Below are positions 12,040 to 24,498 of a stretch of DNA of 64,000 bases, piece after piece. Below the pieces are notes generated by a model. It was not told the DNA's origin, ran no database searches, and worked only from the letters and a program-made list of their open reading frames with translations. Position 1 is the stretch's first letter. Each line of letters starts with the position of its first letter. The stretch is from Asterias rubens (lineage: Eukaryota), in contig NC_047075.1 in NCBI RefSeq assembly GCF_902459465.1, positions 13,764,001 through 13,828,000 on the forward strand, read 5' to 3'. The position numbers and the translations under genes were made by a program.

Positions 12040-13703
12040 TAATGGCTAGTCAGTCTAGTCCTAGAGATGTGTCCGCCTCAAATACTGAGGCTGAAACTGT
12101 AGAAATGAGAATTAGTAAGTTGATGCGCCAGGTCGAAATAGAAGAAAGTCAGTTACAACTTTCAATTGATGAAATTTCAGAGCGCCAGCAGCAAATTGAC
12201 AAGTCCCATTTGATTAACGGTACAGACAACTCCCGCTCAATTAATAACGGGGAGGACACTGGTATAACTCATGAACCAGTTGTCAGTAGTCCTGAAAAGG
12301 GCGAAGTTTATTTTAAAGAAAGTGTTGGGAGAATTACCCATCAACCCAGCTTTTTGGCGGGGCAAGCCCGTCCATTAGCTAGCATTCCGTTTCCGTGGCC
12401 TGCAATGGGTACCAATTTAAACGGACGGAATGATAAATCCGGAGGTGTTGTAGCACCTCCGGTAGATGCAACAAGGAGGTGCTTCAAGCCTTCCTGTAAC
12501 GTGCAATCCTGACGAGGAAAGCACAGCGGTTTATTTTAAAGAAGGGGATGGGAGAAATACCAATCTATCCAGCTTTTTGGCGGGGGAAGCCCGTCCATTA
12601 GCTAGTACTCCGTATCCGGGGCCGGCAATGGGCACCAATTTAAACGGAAGGAGTGGAAGTTCTGAAGGTGCTACAACAGTACCGAGAGGTGCACTTCTGT
12701 ATATTATGGATGCGGTGTGGAACACAGTGGAAATCCATGTGGTAACACAGCTATGCTTCTGAACCGGGACAACCAAGTCCATAACCCAGAGGGGAGCAGG
12801 CGTTTTAATGGGGCTACTGGACGCCCTAACATAACGCCTGATCGTTTTGATGGTAAAACGCCCTGGAAAGACTATCGCTGCCATTTTGAGGCTTGCAAAT
12901 TAGCCAATGGTTGGGACGATAACCAAGCTGCTATATTTTTAGCAGCAAGTTTAAAAGGTTTGGCACTTAAGGTGTTAGGCTGTTGTGACATTGTTGAAGG
13001 GCAATCCAAATTACAATACAGGGGATTGCTTAAATCATTGGATGCCCAATTTGGGCCGGGCCAGATGGCAGAAAATTACTAATGGAACTAAGGTCACGCA
13101 GACAGGGTTCAAACGAAACCCTGAGAGTTAGGTCAGGCGGTAAGGGAATTGGTGATCCTTGCCTACCCTGAATTTGGTGAAGAGGGGAGAGATCGCCTTG
13201 CGCGAGCCCATTACACAGACGCTATAGAGCGCCAATCAGTAAGGGAAGGGATATTCAGGGCAAGGCCTAAAACCCTTGATGAAGCTATCAGAGCAGCAAT
13301 GGCCACAGAAAATTTTGAGAAAATGGAATCTCAAAGGGAAGTTGCAAGAAAACCAAACTTCTGCAGGGTCAGTGAAAAGAATGACGATCGAATAGTAGGC
13401 CAAATTCAAATGGTTGTAAACGCACAACTCAATGAATTCAATGGACTGAGAAATCAATATCAAAGTAGAACGTCTGAGTTTCCAGTGCAAAAGGCGTACA
13501 TGTCGTCACATCACGATTATCCAATTTGCTATAATTGCGGGGGAAGAGGATTTTTTGCGAAGAATTGTCTCTCACCAAATATCCGAAGCCTGAAAAAGTT
13601 TTCGGGAAACGAGCAACGGTTGAACCAAAGACCCGAGGGGAAACCGTACAGACAGAATTGGGGTCAAACGGGAATTTCCGAAATGCAAAAGCAGAGGGGA
13701 TAA
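12040..13703 (+). pseudogene. Gypsy 1 gag (fragmented)
   Basis: PDRFDGKTPWKDYRCHFEACKLANGW...LAASLKG capsid motif and a degenerate knuckle CYNCGGRGFFAKNC (H lost). Split across ORFs 12009, 12466, 12717 and 13149. About 12306-12430 is repeated at about 12529-12655. Confidence 0.85.
13604..13610 (+). promoter_or_regulatory. -1 ribosomal frameshift slippery site G GGA AAC (gag to pol)
   Basis: The X XXY YYZ heptamer is in the gag frame, and the overlapping ORF 13535-13972 (protease) is in the -1 frame. Confidence 0.7.
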
Positions 13704-16700
13704 AGAGCGAGTTAACGCCACCCTTTGTAAAGCCAACACAAGGTTTGTATGTTCAAGGCGTCGTTTGCACGACTAACGTTCACTTTCTTATTGACAAGGG
13801 CTCAACAGATACACTTATTTCGAGCTCTGTATTGTACAAAATTCCAGAAGAAAAACGGCCGATGCTTAAACATGATGATGTGCACGTGCGTCAGGCAAAT
13901 GGTAGCCTAATGGGTAACATGGGACCTTCCAGTTCCCGCAATATTAGGTATGGATTTCTTTTTAGAAGCTAGAGTAATTTTAGATTTTCATTCTCTAGAA
14001 CTTAATGTCAATTGAGAGAAAACAAAGTGCAAGGACCAAACCGGTTCCTCATTCTGTTACCGTGTAGTAGTAGAAACAACTATAACAGTACCCGCAGGGC
14101 ACGAAGTTGTAGTGCCCGGTTGCATTAAGACCGATCACGAAGAAGCATAGGCATGATAGAACCCATAGAAAATGGAGGGGAACTAACAAATAGAGGATTG
14201 GTGCTTGCGAGAACACTTGTCAAAACAGGACAAGGCACCGTGGGTTTAAGGGATTTTAAAAACCCAGGGGTGGACAAACGAGAAGTACGCTGTGGTATGA
14301 CAGCTGGAATTTTCACAACAGTTGACGATTTAGATATAGAGTATGTGAAGGAAAACGATCTGATTGAAATGCAAAAAGGAAATTGCGACGTTGAGGTGCC
14401 AACGCACCTCAATGACCTTTTACACCGCACTGTCAGCAACCTATCGCCACAGTATCAATCAAGAGGTGGTAAAACTGTTGACAGATTTTGGAGTTATTTT
14501 CTCAAAGGGAGACGGGGACATAGGTAGGGCTGGCTTAGTAAAATACGGCATCGATACAGGCCGCGCCCATCCCCTAAGACAAAGGTTGCGAAGACAGCCT
14601 GTTTGCAATCAAGAAGAAATCTCACGGCAGGTAGATAATCTACTTGACCGGGGTGTAATAGAAACGTCGGACAGCCCTTGGGCGTCCAATGTTGTAGTAC
14701 TAGTAACAAAGAAAGACGGGTCAAAGCGTTTTTGCGTGGATTACAGGGGTCTCAATTCTGTAACAATAAAGGATGCATATCCAGTTCCCAGAATTGATGA
14801 CACCCTTGATGCCTTTTCCGGGGCAGCATGGTTTTCAACATTGGACCTTTCCTCCGGATACTGGCAAGTTGAATAAGACAATGAGGCCAAACAAAAATCA
14901 GCGTTTGTGGTAAGAGGCGGGCTATACAGCTGGAATGTCATGCCTTTCGGTCTGTGTAATGCCCCTGCCACTTCCGAAAGACTGATGGAAAGAGTGGTTG
15001 CCGGCCTCCAATGGCAAACACTGTTAGTTTATCTTGATGACGTGATTGTTTACGGGATGCTAACCTCAAGTTAAAACCTGGGAAGTGTTTCCTTTTCATG
15101 AAGAGTGTGAAGTATCTCGGACGCGTAGTATCCGTAAATGGCATAGCCACAGACCAATACAAAGTAGAGACGATCAAAAACTGGCCAACCCCTGCAAATG
15201 TCAAAGAGGTTAGAAGTTTCTTGGGTCTCGCCTCGTACTATAGACGATTCATAAGAGGGTTTGCTGACATTGCAAAGCCGCTCCACAGTCTTACAGAAAA
15301 ATCCAGAGACTTTGTATGGACGAAGATTGTGAGAGGTCTTTTGAAACCCTCCAGACACGCTTACAAGAGGCGCCAATACTTGCTTATTCTCAATCTGAGG
15401 GACAATACATCCTTGACACAGATGCGAGTGGTGTTGGTATCGGTGCTGTACTTTCACAAGAACAGCAAGGGACCGAAAGAGTAATCGCATATGCCAGCAG
15501 AACACTTTCAAGGCAAGAACGAAATTATTGCGTAACTCGAAGAGAACTCCTTGCAGTTTTATATTTCCCAAGGCATTTTAAACAATACCTTTACGAAAAC
15601 AGTTTAATAGTCATGGTTTATGGTTCCCTTCGCTGGCTAACAAATTTCCGAAATCCGGAAGGTCAGCTGGCCAGATGGCTAGAGATTATTGCCGAATATG
15701 ACTACACTATCATTCATAGGCCAGGATTGAAGCATGGGAATGCGGATGGTCTATCGAGAAAACCCTGTCGCCAGTGCGGTATGCTCTCAAACGAGGAAGT
15801 TTAGATGACACAAGTGAAACTAGAGGTTCTGAAGAAAGGTAAGAGGCACATGCCAGAATTACATCCACAGTTCCCAGCATTACACGCGTGAATTTAAAAG
15901 AGGCGCAGTTAAATGACCCTTCTATCGCATGGATACTTGAAGCTAAATCTCAATCAGTAAATAGGCCTGCTTGGGAAACAATTGATCTTACATCAATTAT
16001 AGTAAAGACATACTGGAACCGTTGGGACCAATTGCACATTTTGAATGGGGCACTGTACCACAGATGGGAAAGTGACGATGGTAAACAAATACGTCGGCAA
16101 GTGGTATTGCCCAAATCATTGACAGATACCGTGATAATAAAATCACATGCAGGAAAAACAAGTGGACATCTTGGAGTAAAAAGAAAGTTTTCCCGAGTGA
16201 AGTTCCACTATTTCTGGTACGGAATGAGGGCCGATGTCCGATCGTGCTTAAGAAAATGTGAGAGGTGTGCAAAGAGAAAATCGCCACCAAAGCGAAATAG
16301 AGCACCCCTCCAACAAATGAAAGTTTGCTTTCCAATGCAGAGAGTTGCGTTAGACATTATGGGACCCATACCCGAGACAGAAGATGGTAATCGCTGGATT
16401 TTGGTAGTGGGTGATTATTTCACAAAGTGGATAGAGGCTTATCCACTTGTTGACACAAGAGCCGAAACTGTCGCAAAGAAATTGGTGACAGAATTTATAT
16501 GTAGATTTGGAGTCCCCTCAGAGTTACACTCCGATCAAGGGAGGAATTTTGAGGCAAATGTGTTTGCCGGGGTATGTGATTTGTCAGGCATACACAAAAC
16601 CAGAACGACTCCTTACAACCTTAAATCTGATGGGTTGATCGAGAGATTTAATAGAACTCTCATCAATATTATTGCCACTATGATAGAACCAAACCAAAAG

Positions 16701-17099
16701 CAAAAAGACTGGGATTTACAACTGCCGTATGCTACTTTTGCATACCGTTCCACCCTGCAAGAGAGTACGGGAGAGACTCCCAACATGATGATGTTAGGGA
16801 GGGAAACGTCTCTGCCAATAGATCTCATTAATGAGTTCCCAAAACATGAGTTGGGTGAAGAATTAGACTATGCAGAAGAACTTAGAGATAGAATTCAGAG
16901 TGCCCATGAGCGCGCCTCTGAACATCTTAAGGCCAGTGCAAGGAGACAAAACCAGGGGTATGACCGCAATGTCAGTGGTCGATCTTTGAAAGAGGGTGAT
17001 TTTGTATGGGTTTATAACTTTGCTAAGAAGAAGGGCGTCTGCCCAGACGTTGTGTATCGTTTACAAAGAAGCAAACACTCGAAGAAACGGGTCATATGA
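13604..17099 (+). pseudogene. Gypsy 1 pol (protease, RT, RNase H, integrase) with many frameshifts and stops
   Basis: PR FLIDKGST (DTG mutated); RT RFCVDYR.LN, DLSSGYWQV, YLDD near 15030; RH DTDASGVGIGAVLSQ, YCVTRRELLA; IN H-x-H...C-x2-C, LDIMGP, HSDQGRNF, GLIERFNRT. Confidence 0.95.
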
Positions 17100-17460
17100 C
17101 CGTTTAAAGATATATGAGGGGAGCCCATTAAGGCGTGGACCCAGCCCAATTTGGAAGTAGAAGTTCTCACTCCGCCGACAGCGCCAACCAATGGCACGGA
17201 ATTAGAAGATGTATATGTTAATAATTCCTTTCCAGAAGAAGGAGAGCGGATAGAAGTCCCTCCCTTTGCAAATGACTTAGATAATGGACCGATCCCTACA
17301 AATGACTTTGACGTGAATAATGTCAGAGGTTCACTCCATGATCAGTCATTGGCACCTCGGGGCGAAAGATACCCACAGAGGAGACATCATTTGTTACCAG
17401 TAAGGTACCGATAGAACAAACGGTTAAACAAAGGAAATTTTCTCATTTTGTGTTTTCCAG

Positions 17461-18392
17461 ATGGATTGTCCCACTCCAGATGATCTGTATCCCACTAGGC
17501 TTATAAGATGCCGCAAGTGCCCAAAGGTTTTCATGCAGATGAGAAGTCTGCACCGCCATTTGAAGACCGCCCATGGGCCAAAGCAATGGTCCTGCCAGCA
17601 GTGCAAATTTATTTGCGGCAGACGAGATAATCTTCGGAGGCACTATGGTAGGGTCCACCCTTCCAATATGGATGAGCTGGCCGGCATCACCCCTCAGGCG
17701 GAAGTCGCCAGCGGCCATAACCAGGACGGTCGGCAACGCCAGTTTACAGAGAAGCGCTGGGGCACCCAAGCGAGTCAGCAGTTACAAAGGCCCCAAGCGC
17801 CAAGAAGAGGCAGCAACCCACCAGCTACCCAGAGCCAATGCCCCGAAGTGTCTCCAACTTTGCAGCCAGTAGTAACTTCATGCCCGCCGCCGACCTCAGC
17901 AGAAGGAAATCCAATGTTGGCCAACCCTCTCACCAGTTTGTGGCTTCCCGGCGACGAGTTGCTGGTAGACGAAATGTCACTTTCACCTACCGCCTCCTTG
18001 AACTTCTTCTCGGAGGAATTGTACTCCGAGGGACATTGGATGGAGATACGTCCGAGTTTAGCCATTCCCGACGAATCCCCCAGCACCATCACATCCCCCC
18101 AACAGTCACAACCTTTCCCGACGAGGCCCCCAACACCATCACATCCCTCCCAACAGTCACAACCGCAGCACCACCAACATCCGTTAATGCGACGACCACC
18201 CCACAACCAATAGAGCAGCAGTCTATTTCGTTCGAGTTGGAAAATGGCACTACCTTGACGACGGCCAAGAAGGTTAAGAAGAGTCTTCTTGACGAGGCTT
18301 TAGCAGGGAAGATTGTCAGAGTTACAGAGACGGTCACAAAGACATATATGACAGGCAAATTGAGTGAACTCAAAACGCGTTCGGGTGTATAA
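17461..18392 (+). CDS. Accessory ORF3 of Gypsy 1: two C2H2 zinc fingers plus Pro/Thr-rich tail; single -1 deletion near 18095
   Basis: CRKCPKVF...LHRHLKTAH and CQQCKFIC...LRRHYGRVH. The ATG directly follows TTTTCTCATTTTGTGTTTTCCAG. ORFs 17461-18213 and 17838-18392 join if one base is restored in the first copy of a 2x ~45-bp repeat. Confidence 0.7.
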
Positions 18393-20530
18393 CTTAAATG
18401 AGGAATAACTTGTATTCAAACTTTTAATTTCCGCGGATTTCATCCAACTTTAATTTTGAGACTGTTCTTTTATTAAGGCTTTGGTTAAGAGCGTTTAAAG
18501 CGTTTTGTATTTTTCTTGACCATCGAGAAGTGGAGGTAGTATAAATAATGTTGTATATAATTTCTGCTCAGCAGTAAACTAATTGTGTTTTTGTTCATGT
18601 GTTTTTGGCCTTTTTGAACAGAGACTGTTCAGGCCTCGATTGGGGCTGTGTAACGGAAGTTTGTTTACTGTTTATTGTTTACCTTGTGTATAATTGTTAT
18701 TTTCCATCTGTGTATATATTTCCATGTGTTTAGCTGGCTACGGCTGCCGCAGCGTTTATTACAGTTGGGCGCACCATGGGTGCACGCATGCTTCAGCGAT
18801 CTATGCAGTTGGGCGCGCGTATTTATTTTGCATTGGGCGCTTCCGTATTTCTCACAGTGCTTACCGCGCAGTATTTGGCGTTACTTGGGCTTGTTAAATT
18901 AGCGGCGCGGGTTATCTTTTTTTTAGGGCGCTTTTACAACACACTGCAATAGTAGCGTATAGTGCAGCGCATAATTGGGCGTATTTTCTAGCGCGGTTTG
19001 GTAGCGGGAAGTTCAAGTAGTTGCTAGGTTTATTGTTTATTGTTTAAATTATAGGGTCAAGTTATGACCGATCCCAGTGACTTGTCAATTTGCTGGTTAC
19101 AAGACCAGACCCCTCAGGCGGAAGTCGCCAGCGGCCATAACCAGGACGGTCGGCAACGCCAGTTTACAGAGAAGCGCTGGGGCACCCAAGCGAGTCAGCA
19201 GTTACAAAGGCCCCAAGCGCCAAGAAGAGGCAGCAACCCACCAGCTACCCAGAGCCAATGCCCCGAAGTGTCTCCAACTTTGCAGCCAGTAGTAACTTCA
19301 TGCCCGCCGCCGACCTCAGCAGAAGGAAATCCAATGTTGGCCAACCCTCTCACCAGTTTGTGGCTTCCCGGCGACGAGTTGCTGGTAGACGAAATGTCAC
19401 TTTCACCTACCGCCTCCTTGAACTTCTTCTCGGAGGAATTGTACTCCGAGGGACATTGGATGGAGATACGTCCGAGTTTAGCCATTCCCGACGAGTCCCC
19501 CAGCACCATCACATCCCCCCAACAGTCACAACCTTTCCCGACGAGGCCCCCAACACCATCACATCCCTCCCAACAGTCACAACCGCAGCACCACCAACAT
19601 CCGTTAATGCGACGACCACCCCACAACCAATAGAGCAGCAGTCTATTTCGTTCGAGTTGGAAAATGGCACTACCTTGACGACGGCCAAGAAGGTTAAGAA
19701 GAGTCTTCTTGACGAGGCTTTAGCAGGGAAGATTGTCAGAGTTACAGAGACGGTCACAAAGACATATATGACAGGCAAATTGAGTGAACTCAAAACGCGT
19801 TCGGGTGTATAACTTAAATGAGGAATAACTTGTATTCAAACTTTTAATTTCCGCGGATTTCATCCAACTTTAATTTTGAGACTGTTCTTTTATTAAGGCT
19901 TTGGTTAAGAGCGTTTAAAGCGTTTTGTATTTTTCTTGACCATCGAGAAGTGGAGGTAGTATAAATAATGTTGTATATAATTTCTGCTCAGCAGTAAACT
20001 AATTGTGTTTTTGTTCATGTGTTTTTTGGCCTTTTTGAACAGAGACTGTTCAGGCCTCGATTGGGGCTGTGTAACGGAAGTTTGTTTACTGTTTATTGTT
20101 TACCTTGTGTATAATTGTTATTTTCCATCTGTGTATATATTTCCATGTGTTTAGCTGGCTACGGCTGCCGCAGCGTTTATTACAGTTGGGCGCACCATGG
20201 GTGCACGCATGCTTCAGCGATCTATGCAGTTGGGCGCGCGTATTTATTTTGCATTGGGCGCTTCCGTATTTCTCACAGTGCTTACCGCGCAGTATTTGGC
20301 GTTACTTGGGCTTGTTAAATTAGCGGCGCGGGTTATCTTTTTTTTAGGGCGCTTTTACAACACACTGCAATAGTAGCGTATAGTGCAGCGCATAATTGGG
20401 CGTATTTTCTAGCGCGGTTTGGCAGCGGGAAGTTCAAGTAGTTGCTAGGTTTATTGTTTATTGTTTAAATTATAGGGTCAAGTTATGACCGATCCCAGTG
20501 ACTTGTCAATTTGCTGGTTACAAGACCAGA
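17690..20530 (+). repeat. Near-perfect tandem duplication: 17690-19109 and 19110-20530
   Basis: Junction ...AAGACCAGA|CCCCTCAGG. I see only two substitutions and one T indel between copies. The unit covers most of ORF3, the PPT and the first ~460 bp of the 3' LTR. Confidence 0.95.
18649..19109 (+). repeat. Partial (5' part) copy of Gypsy 1 LTR created by the duplication
   Basis: TGTAACGG start after GAACAGAGACTGTTC...GATTGGGGC; breaks off at the duplication junction. Confidence 0.9.
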
Positions 20531-21213
20531 TTACTTTCTTTGTACTACTCGGCGTCACTGTATAATTTCCAATGTAAACTTGCGGGATCCAGAATTATTT
20601 ATATTATAATAATATCGTGTGATCGAAAGATCTCTTTTACTTCATATTCGGTAAGATAAAAACCTCTGATTCACTTCACGTATATAAAGTGATTTTTGTT
20701 GTTCTAGTTATTAAATAATAGTTTCCTTGCTCTACGTGATATATCGGACACCTCACGGAGGCCCGCTTAGTAACTGTTCATATAGCACCTCCTTATAGAG
20801 AGAGCCGAGGTCCAGTAGTTGTTAACGTTTATAAAGGGATTACTATTAATTATCCACGTCACCATTTATTGTGAAAATTACTGCCAATTATTTGTTGTAA
20901 ACTGTTGAGCGATTTGTGTGCATTTTTAAGGGCAAGTACTGCTCTTGGTTTATAGACGCAATAAATCCTCTCGTTTTATTGTTCCAGAATTGATATCTGT
21001 TTCCATTGTCTATTATTCTTGCCAGAGTCCTCTGCCTTTAAATGAATATATATTTTCCTCAAACGAACGTCCCCACAGATTAATATTTAGCCGCTCGAAT
21101 ATTTATTTGTTTAAACTTGCGATTTTTGGTCTTTGACCAAAAGTTCGTGGTTTAACATCGTTTCCTTTATAATTGCATCCGAAGGGAACAAACAAGAATA
21201 TATTTCCGCCACA
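20070..21213 (+). repeat. Complete 3' LTR of Gypsy 1
   Basis: TGTAACGG...ATTTCCGCCACA, homologous to 10668-11724. Confidence 0.95.
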
Positions 21214-22477
21214 TTTTTAATACTTGTAGTTGTCTCTCTCTTTACATTGTCAACAATGATAGAGCCCTATTGACAAGTTGGAAAAATGTACTTTTACATC
21301 CCAAATCCCATACCCATTAACATCATAATTGCAGTGCACCTCGGCATTCTGAATTTTGGGGGCTAAAGTGGAAGTCGCATAGTATGGCAGATTATACATC
21401 GAGCCATTCTTTTGCAGCGACTCTATTTTTACCAACACCATGGTAACTTGGCTTCCACAACGCAGTGAATCAGCCCGTGTATCAATGAAATATTGCACTA
21501 GAGGGTTTGATTATCGCAACTACGTGCATATTGGGAAGTCTACTCCCAATCCTTACACATACAGTAAAGATGGAACATGGTGAATTAAAAAAAAAGTTTA
21601 TTTGAATCGTTATTTTTAAGGTTTATATTACAATACTTGTTAACATGTTTGCTCCATCAGCACTAGAAAAAGGAGATCTCACTAAACCTCACTTTGATTG
21701 AAGACTCTTTTCAAGATTTATATCTAATCATGTTTTTGTATTTAAAGGGACACAATGGCTTCATTGAGCTTTTAATGCTCTACAAGACGAGTGGACGCTA
21801 ACATTACTCCAAAAGAATGGAAAAGACACTTCCTTAAAGAAACCATATGTTTTCGGACATCATCCCTGCTACCATGATCTGGTCCACCAGCTGCCGTGGC
21901 CAGTCTTTGAGTTTGATGTTCTCCATAGATGCACCGCCAAAAGCTCTACTTCATCTGCTTTATCTTTGTGTCAACTTCCTCGAATCCATATAGGTGATTC
22001 ACCCGTGTGTGCTTTTACAGGACCTCGAAATGACTTGGCCCAACCCTTTGATCACCCTCATACACCTTTAGGCGATCAGAATACACTAGTTGGTGGATGA
22101 TTAAGGACAAATGCTGAAAAAGGTTTGAAAAAGAACCAGTAAAACTGCAATGATCTATTTTCACTTACCTGTGGCACTGGTTAGCAAGTACTCATGTCCT
22201 TTTATCATTAGTACAGTTTCAATTCGTCCCTCCAGTTCATTTTGAAATGCGTGTATAATTATAGATTCTATATAAACTTAAAACCATATTTTATCTAAAA
22301 CTTTCCCATTAACACAACTACAACAATTATTTTTTTAAGACGGAATGAAAATAGAGAAACGGTCTATAAACTTACATACGCGTGTCACTGACATATCTCT
22401 CTTCCTAAGGTGTTGGTTCTATAAGACATACAACAACTGAATTGACATTTCATACCCAAAACTTAAACCATTTTAAT

Positions 22478-22523
22478 AGTCTCCTGATGATGATTAGAGC
22501 AAGCTAGTCGAACCGTTGAGACC
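22478..22523 (+). ncRNA. Minimal type I hammerhead ribozyme motif (Penelope-like element tail), core mutated
   Basis: Stem I GTCTC/GAGAC, core CTGATGA, stem II GATTAG/CTAGTC, then GAAC (consensus GAAA), CG and TT cleavage site. Confidence 0.65.
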
Positions 22524-22584
22524 AATTAAGAACTGACTCCGCGGTAGTACAGTTCATCATTAGTCCCAACCTGTTTTCTATACA

Positions 22585-22891
22585 GTGTCATGGCCGAGCG
22601 GTTAAGAGCACCGGATTCAAGCAGGGTTTGATCAGCAGGGTGTGGGTTCGGATCCCGGTCGTGACACTTGCTACATAAAATTGGGGAGGTAGTGCTCTCT
22701 GCTCTACCGGCCAGGCTTCGAATTGATGATACCCAAGCCTACATCCATTTTGGACTGTAAAGGGGTTAACCCTATTTCAGCCCTAGGAGTAGGTGGCAAC
22801 GGCCTCTGGAAAAAATAATTGTAGCCCACACCTTGAAGTGGCCTTCAGGCCTTGTGTGTCGGGTGACTTGCATAAAATAAAATTAAAAAAA
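22585..22891 (+). mobile_element. tRNA-derived SINE
   Basis: A box TGGCCGAGCGG (22591), B box GGTTCGGATCC, non-tRNA body and A-rich tail. A second family member lies at 38596-38924. Confidence 0.85.
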
Positions 22892-23058
22892 CGCCCGATT
22901 TCAACTCTACCTGGCAAGTAGATACGCACATGGTCAATTCCACCGTCACTCACATTACATTTAGCAACTGTAACGCTGCTTAAGCCTCTCACTACTTCCT
23001 AAGTGTTTGATCAATCTGATTCATAAAAATCATACAACAACTTTGGGCTGAGGGCCAC

Positions 23059-24451
23059 TCATTTGTTAAAAGAAAACAATCTAAATGTTGCTTCAGTTTT
23101 TAGAAACGTGCGTTTTATTGGCCGTCCCTCACCCGGATAGCCTACCTGGTCATATTCTACCATCACCCAGTCCTTAACTTCCACCCATTTATCTCCATTC
23201 AAAGCATTTTCCACATCACTATTCACTATACCATCATTTCCCACATTACCATCATTATCGCTATATGGTGATTGGATTTCACCATCATCATCACTTTCCA
23301 CATCACTATCATCACCGTTACAAGAGTTAACACTTTCATCAGAATCCCTTGTGAGAAAGGATGTGTTAGGCTTGCCATCAACAACTTGCACGTGGTGGAT
23401 TCTGCTGATGCCCAGTACAGGCGGTACGAGAGAGAAAATCTTTCAGTCTGAGGTGGTCATTTCTCTCCTCAATATGATCAGATGTCATCTAGAATACTTT
23501 CGCAGTGGGCATGCTCTGAGCAGCTGCTTCAAACATTTCAGTTTTGTCCACAAGACTTTTCGTTTTATTCACTCTTCCCCAGACGTGACGTTTCACTGAT
23601 CCTCCAATCCCATCGTTATGCATGTTTTGTGATTATTCTCTAGTGCTGAAAGTGATGCAAGAACAAACCTGTTCTTGAACTGAGAACTTTGGCATCAGAC
23701 CAAATGGAAACAGACGTAACATTTTCTGTAAGATCGTGTAGTAGCCTGTCAACATAAGCGATCATAGTCTCTTTGATGTTTACAAGATTATCAAGATTAT
23801 CAGAGACAATAACCTGGTGGTGAATGGTACCGCATTACCAAAAGCTGCAGTGAACATGCTTACCTAGTTTTGCTTCCAATGAGCACTTTGTATTTCATCT
23901 TGTGCAACACAAGTATAGTTTTCAGAAAAAGTCCACTTGGAGCAGAGCTTTGGAGGCATCGTAAAGGTCAGATTCTATGACAATCGAGTCTCTTTCTATC
24001 TTGTATGAAGCTGTCTGCTGTCTTTTGACGTGACAGTGCTCCAGAAACTGATGGAGAATGGAGCTGATGTGATCCATCAGGTCGCCAGTAGTGCCCTCAT
24101 CTGGAACTTTACACAGCTTGCTTTCATCATTTTTCTTCCACACATACCAAGACGCATCAAATGTCTCCTGAAGAACATCGTGGTAAGTCGAAGTTAACCC
24201 TTGGCCATTTCTGCATGTTTCGCACATATTCAACCAACGGTCCTTTGAAACAGGGTCACACAGGAAGGTATCGGGAAGAGACTGCATGTGTATACAATGA
24301 AACTGGTGAATACCTTTTGTAGAGCATTGACTGCTATGATGAAGTTTTCATGATATCGGCACAGACAAACAGTGTGTGGAAATTTGCTGCTCATACGTTT
24401 TTGGGGCCCAAACATTAAAAAATAGATGTTTTGGAGTGAATGGTATTTCAA
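23059..24451 (-). pseudogene. Degenerate DNA transposase, Sola2-like
   Basis: CLCRYHEN, LCDP...C..C, HCHVKRQQ, LLQVDF[SEN].....IQSAHW, IWSD..SSQ-like region, and an acidic C-terminus ending in WVMVEYD..YPG. The DF.EN/SD motif set is as I recall for Sola2. Confidence 0.6.
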
Positions 24452-24498
24452 AGAGTATCACCCGCTCTAACGAAAAAAAGGTTAACTTTTACTTTTAA

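Larger units (their letters stand above)
10668..21213 (+). mobile_element. Ty3/Gypsy LTR retrotransposon 1 (decayed), with extra ORF and internal duplication
   Basis: TGTAACGG...CCGCCACA LTRs, PBS, gag-PR-RT-RH-IN order, and a hairpin plus purine tract before the 3' LTR. No matching TSD. Confidence 0.95.

Noticed and set aside
21250-22100. Possible MULE-like transposase remnant on the minus strand (…AILCDFH…)
   Set aside because: Only one short motif amid many stops; not enough to support a call.
22585-22670. tRNA gene
   Set aside because: It has A and B boxes but no proper cloverleaf or anticodon arm, and it continues into a SINE body and A-tail shared with 38596-38924.
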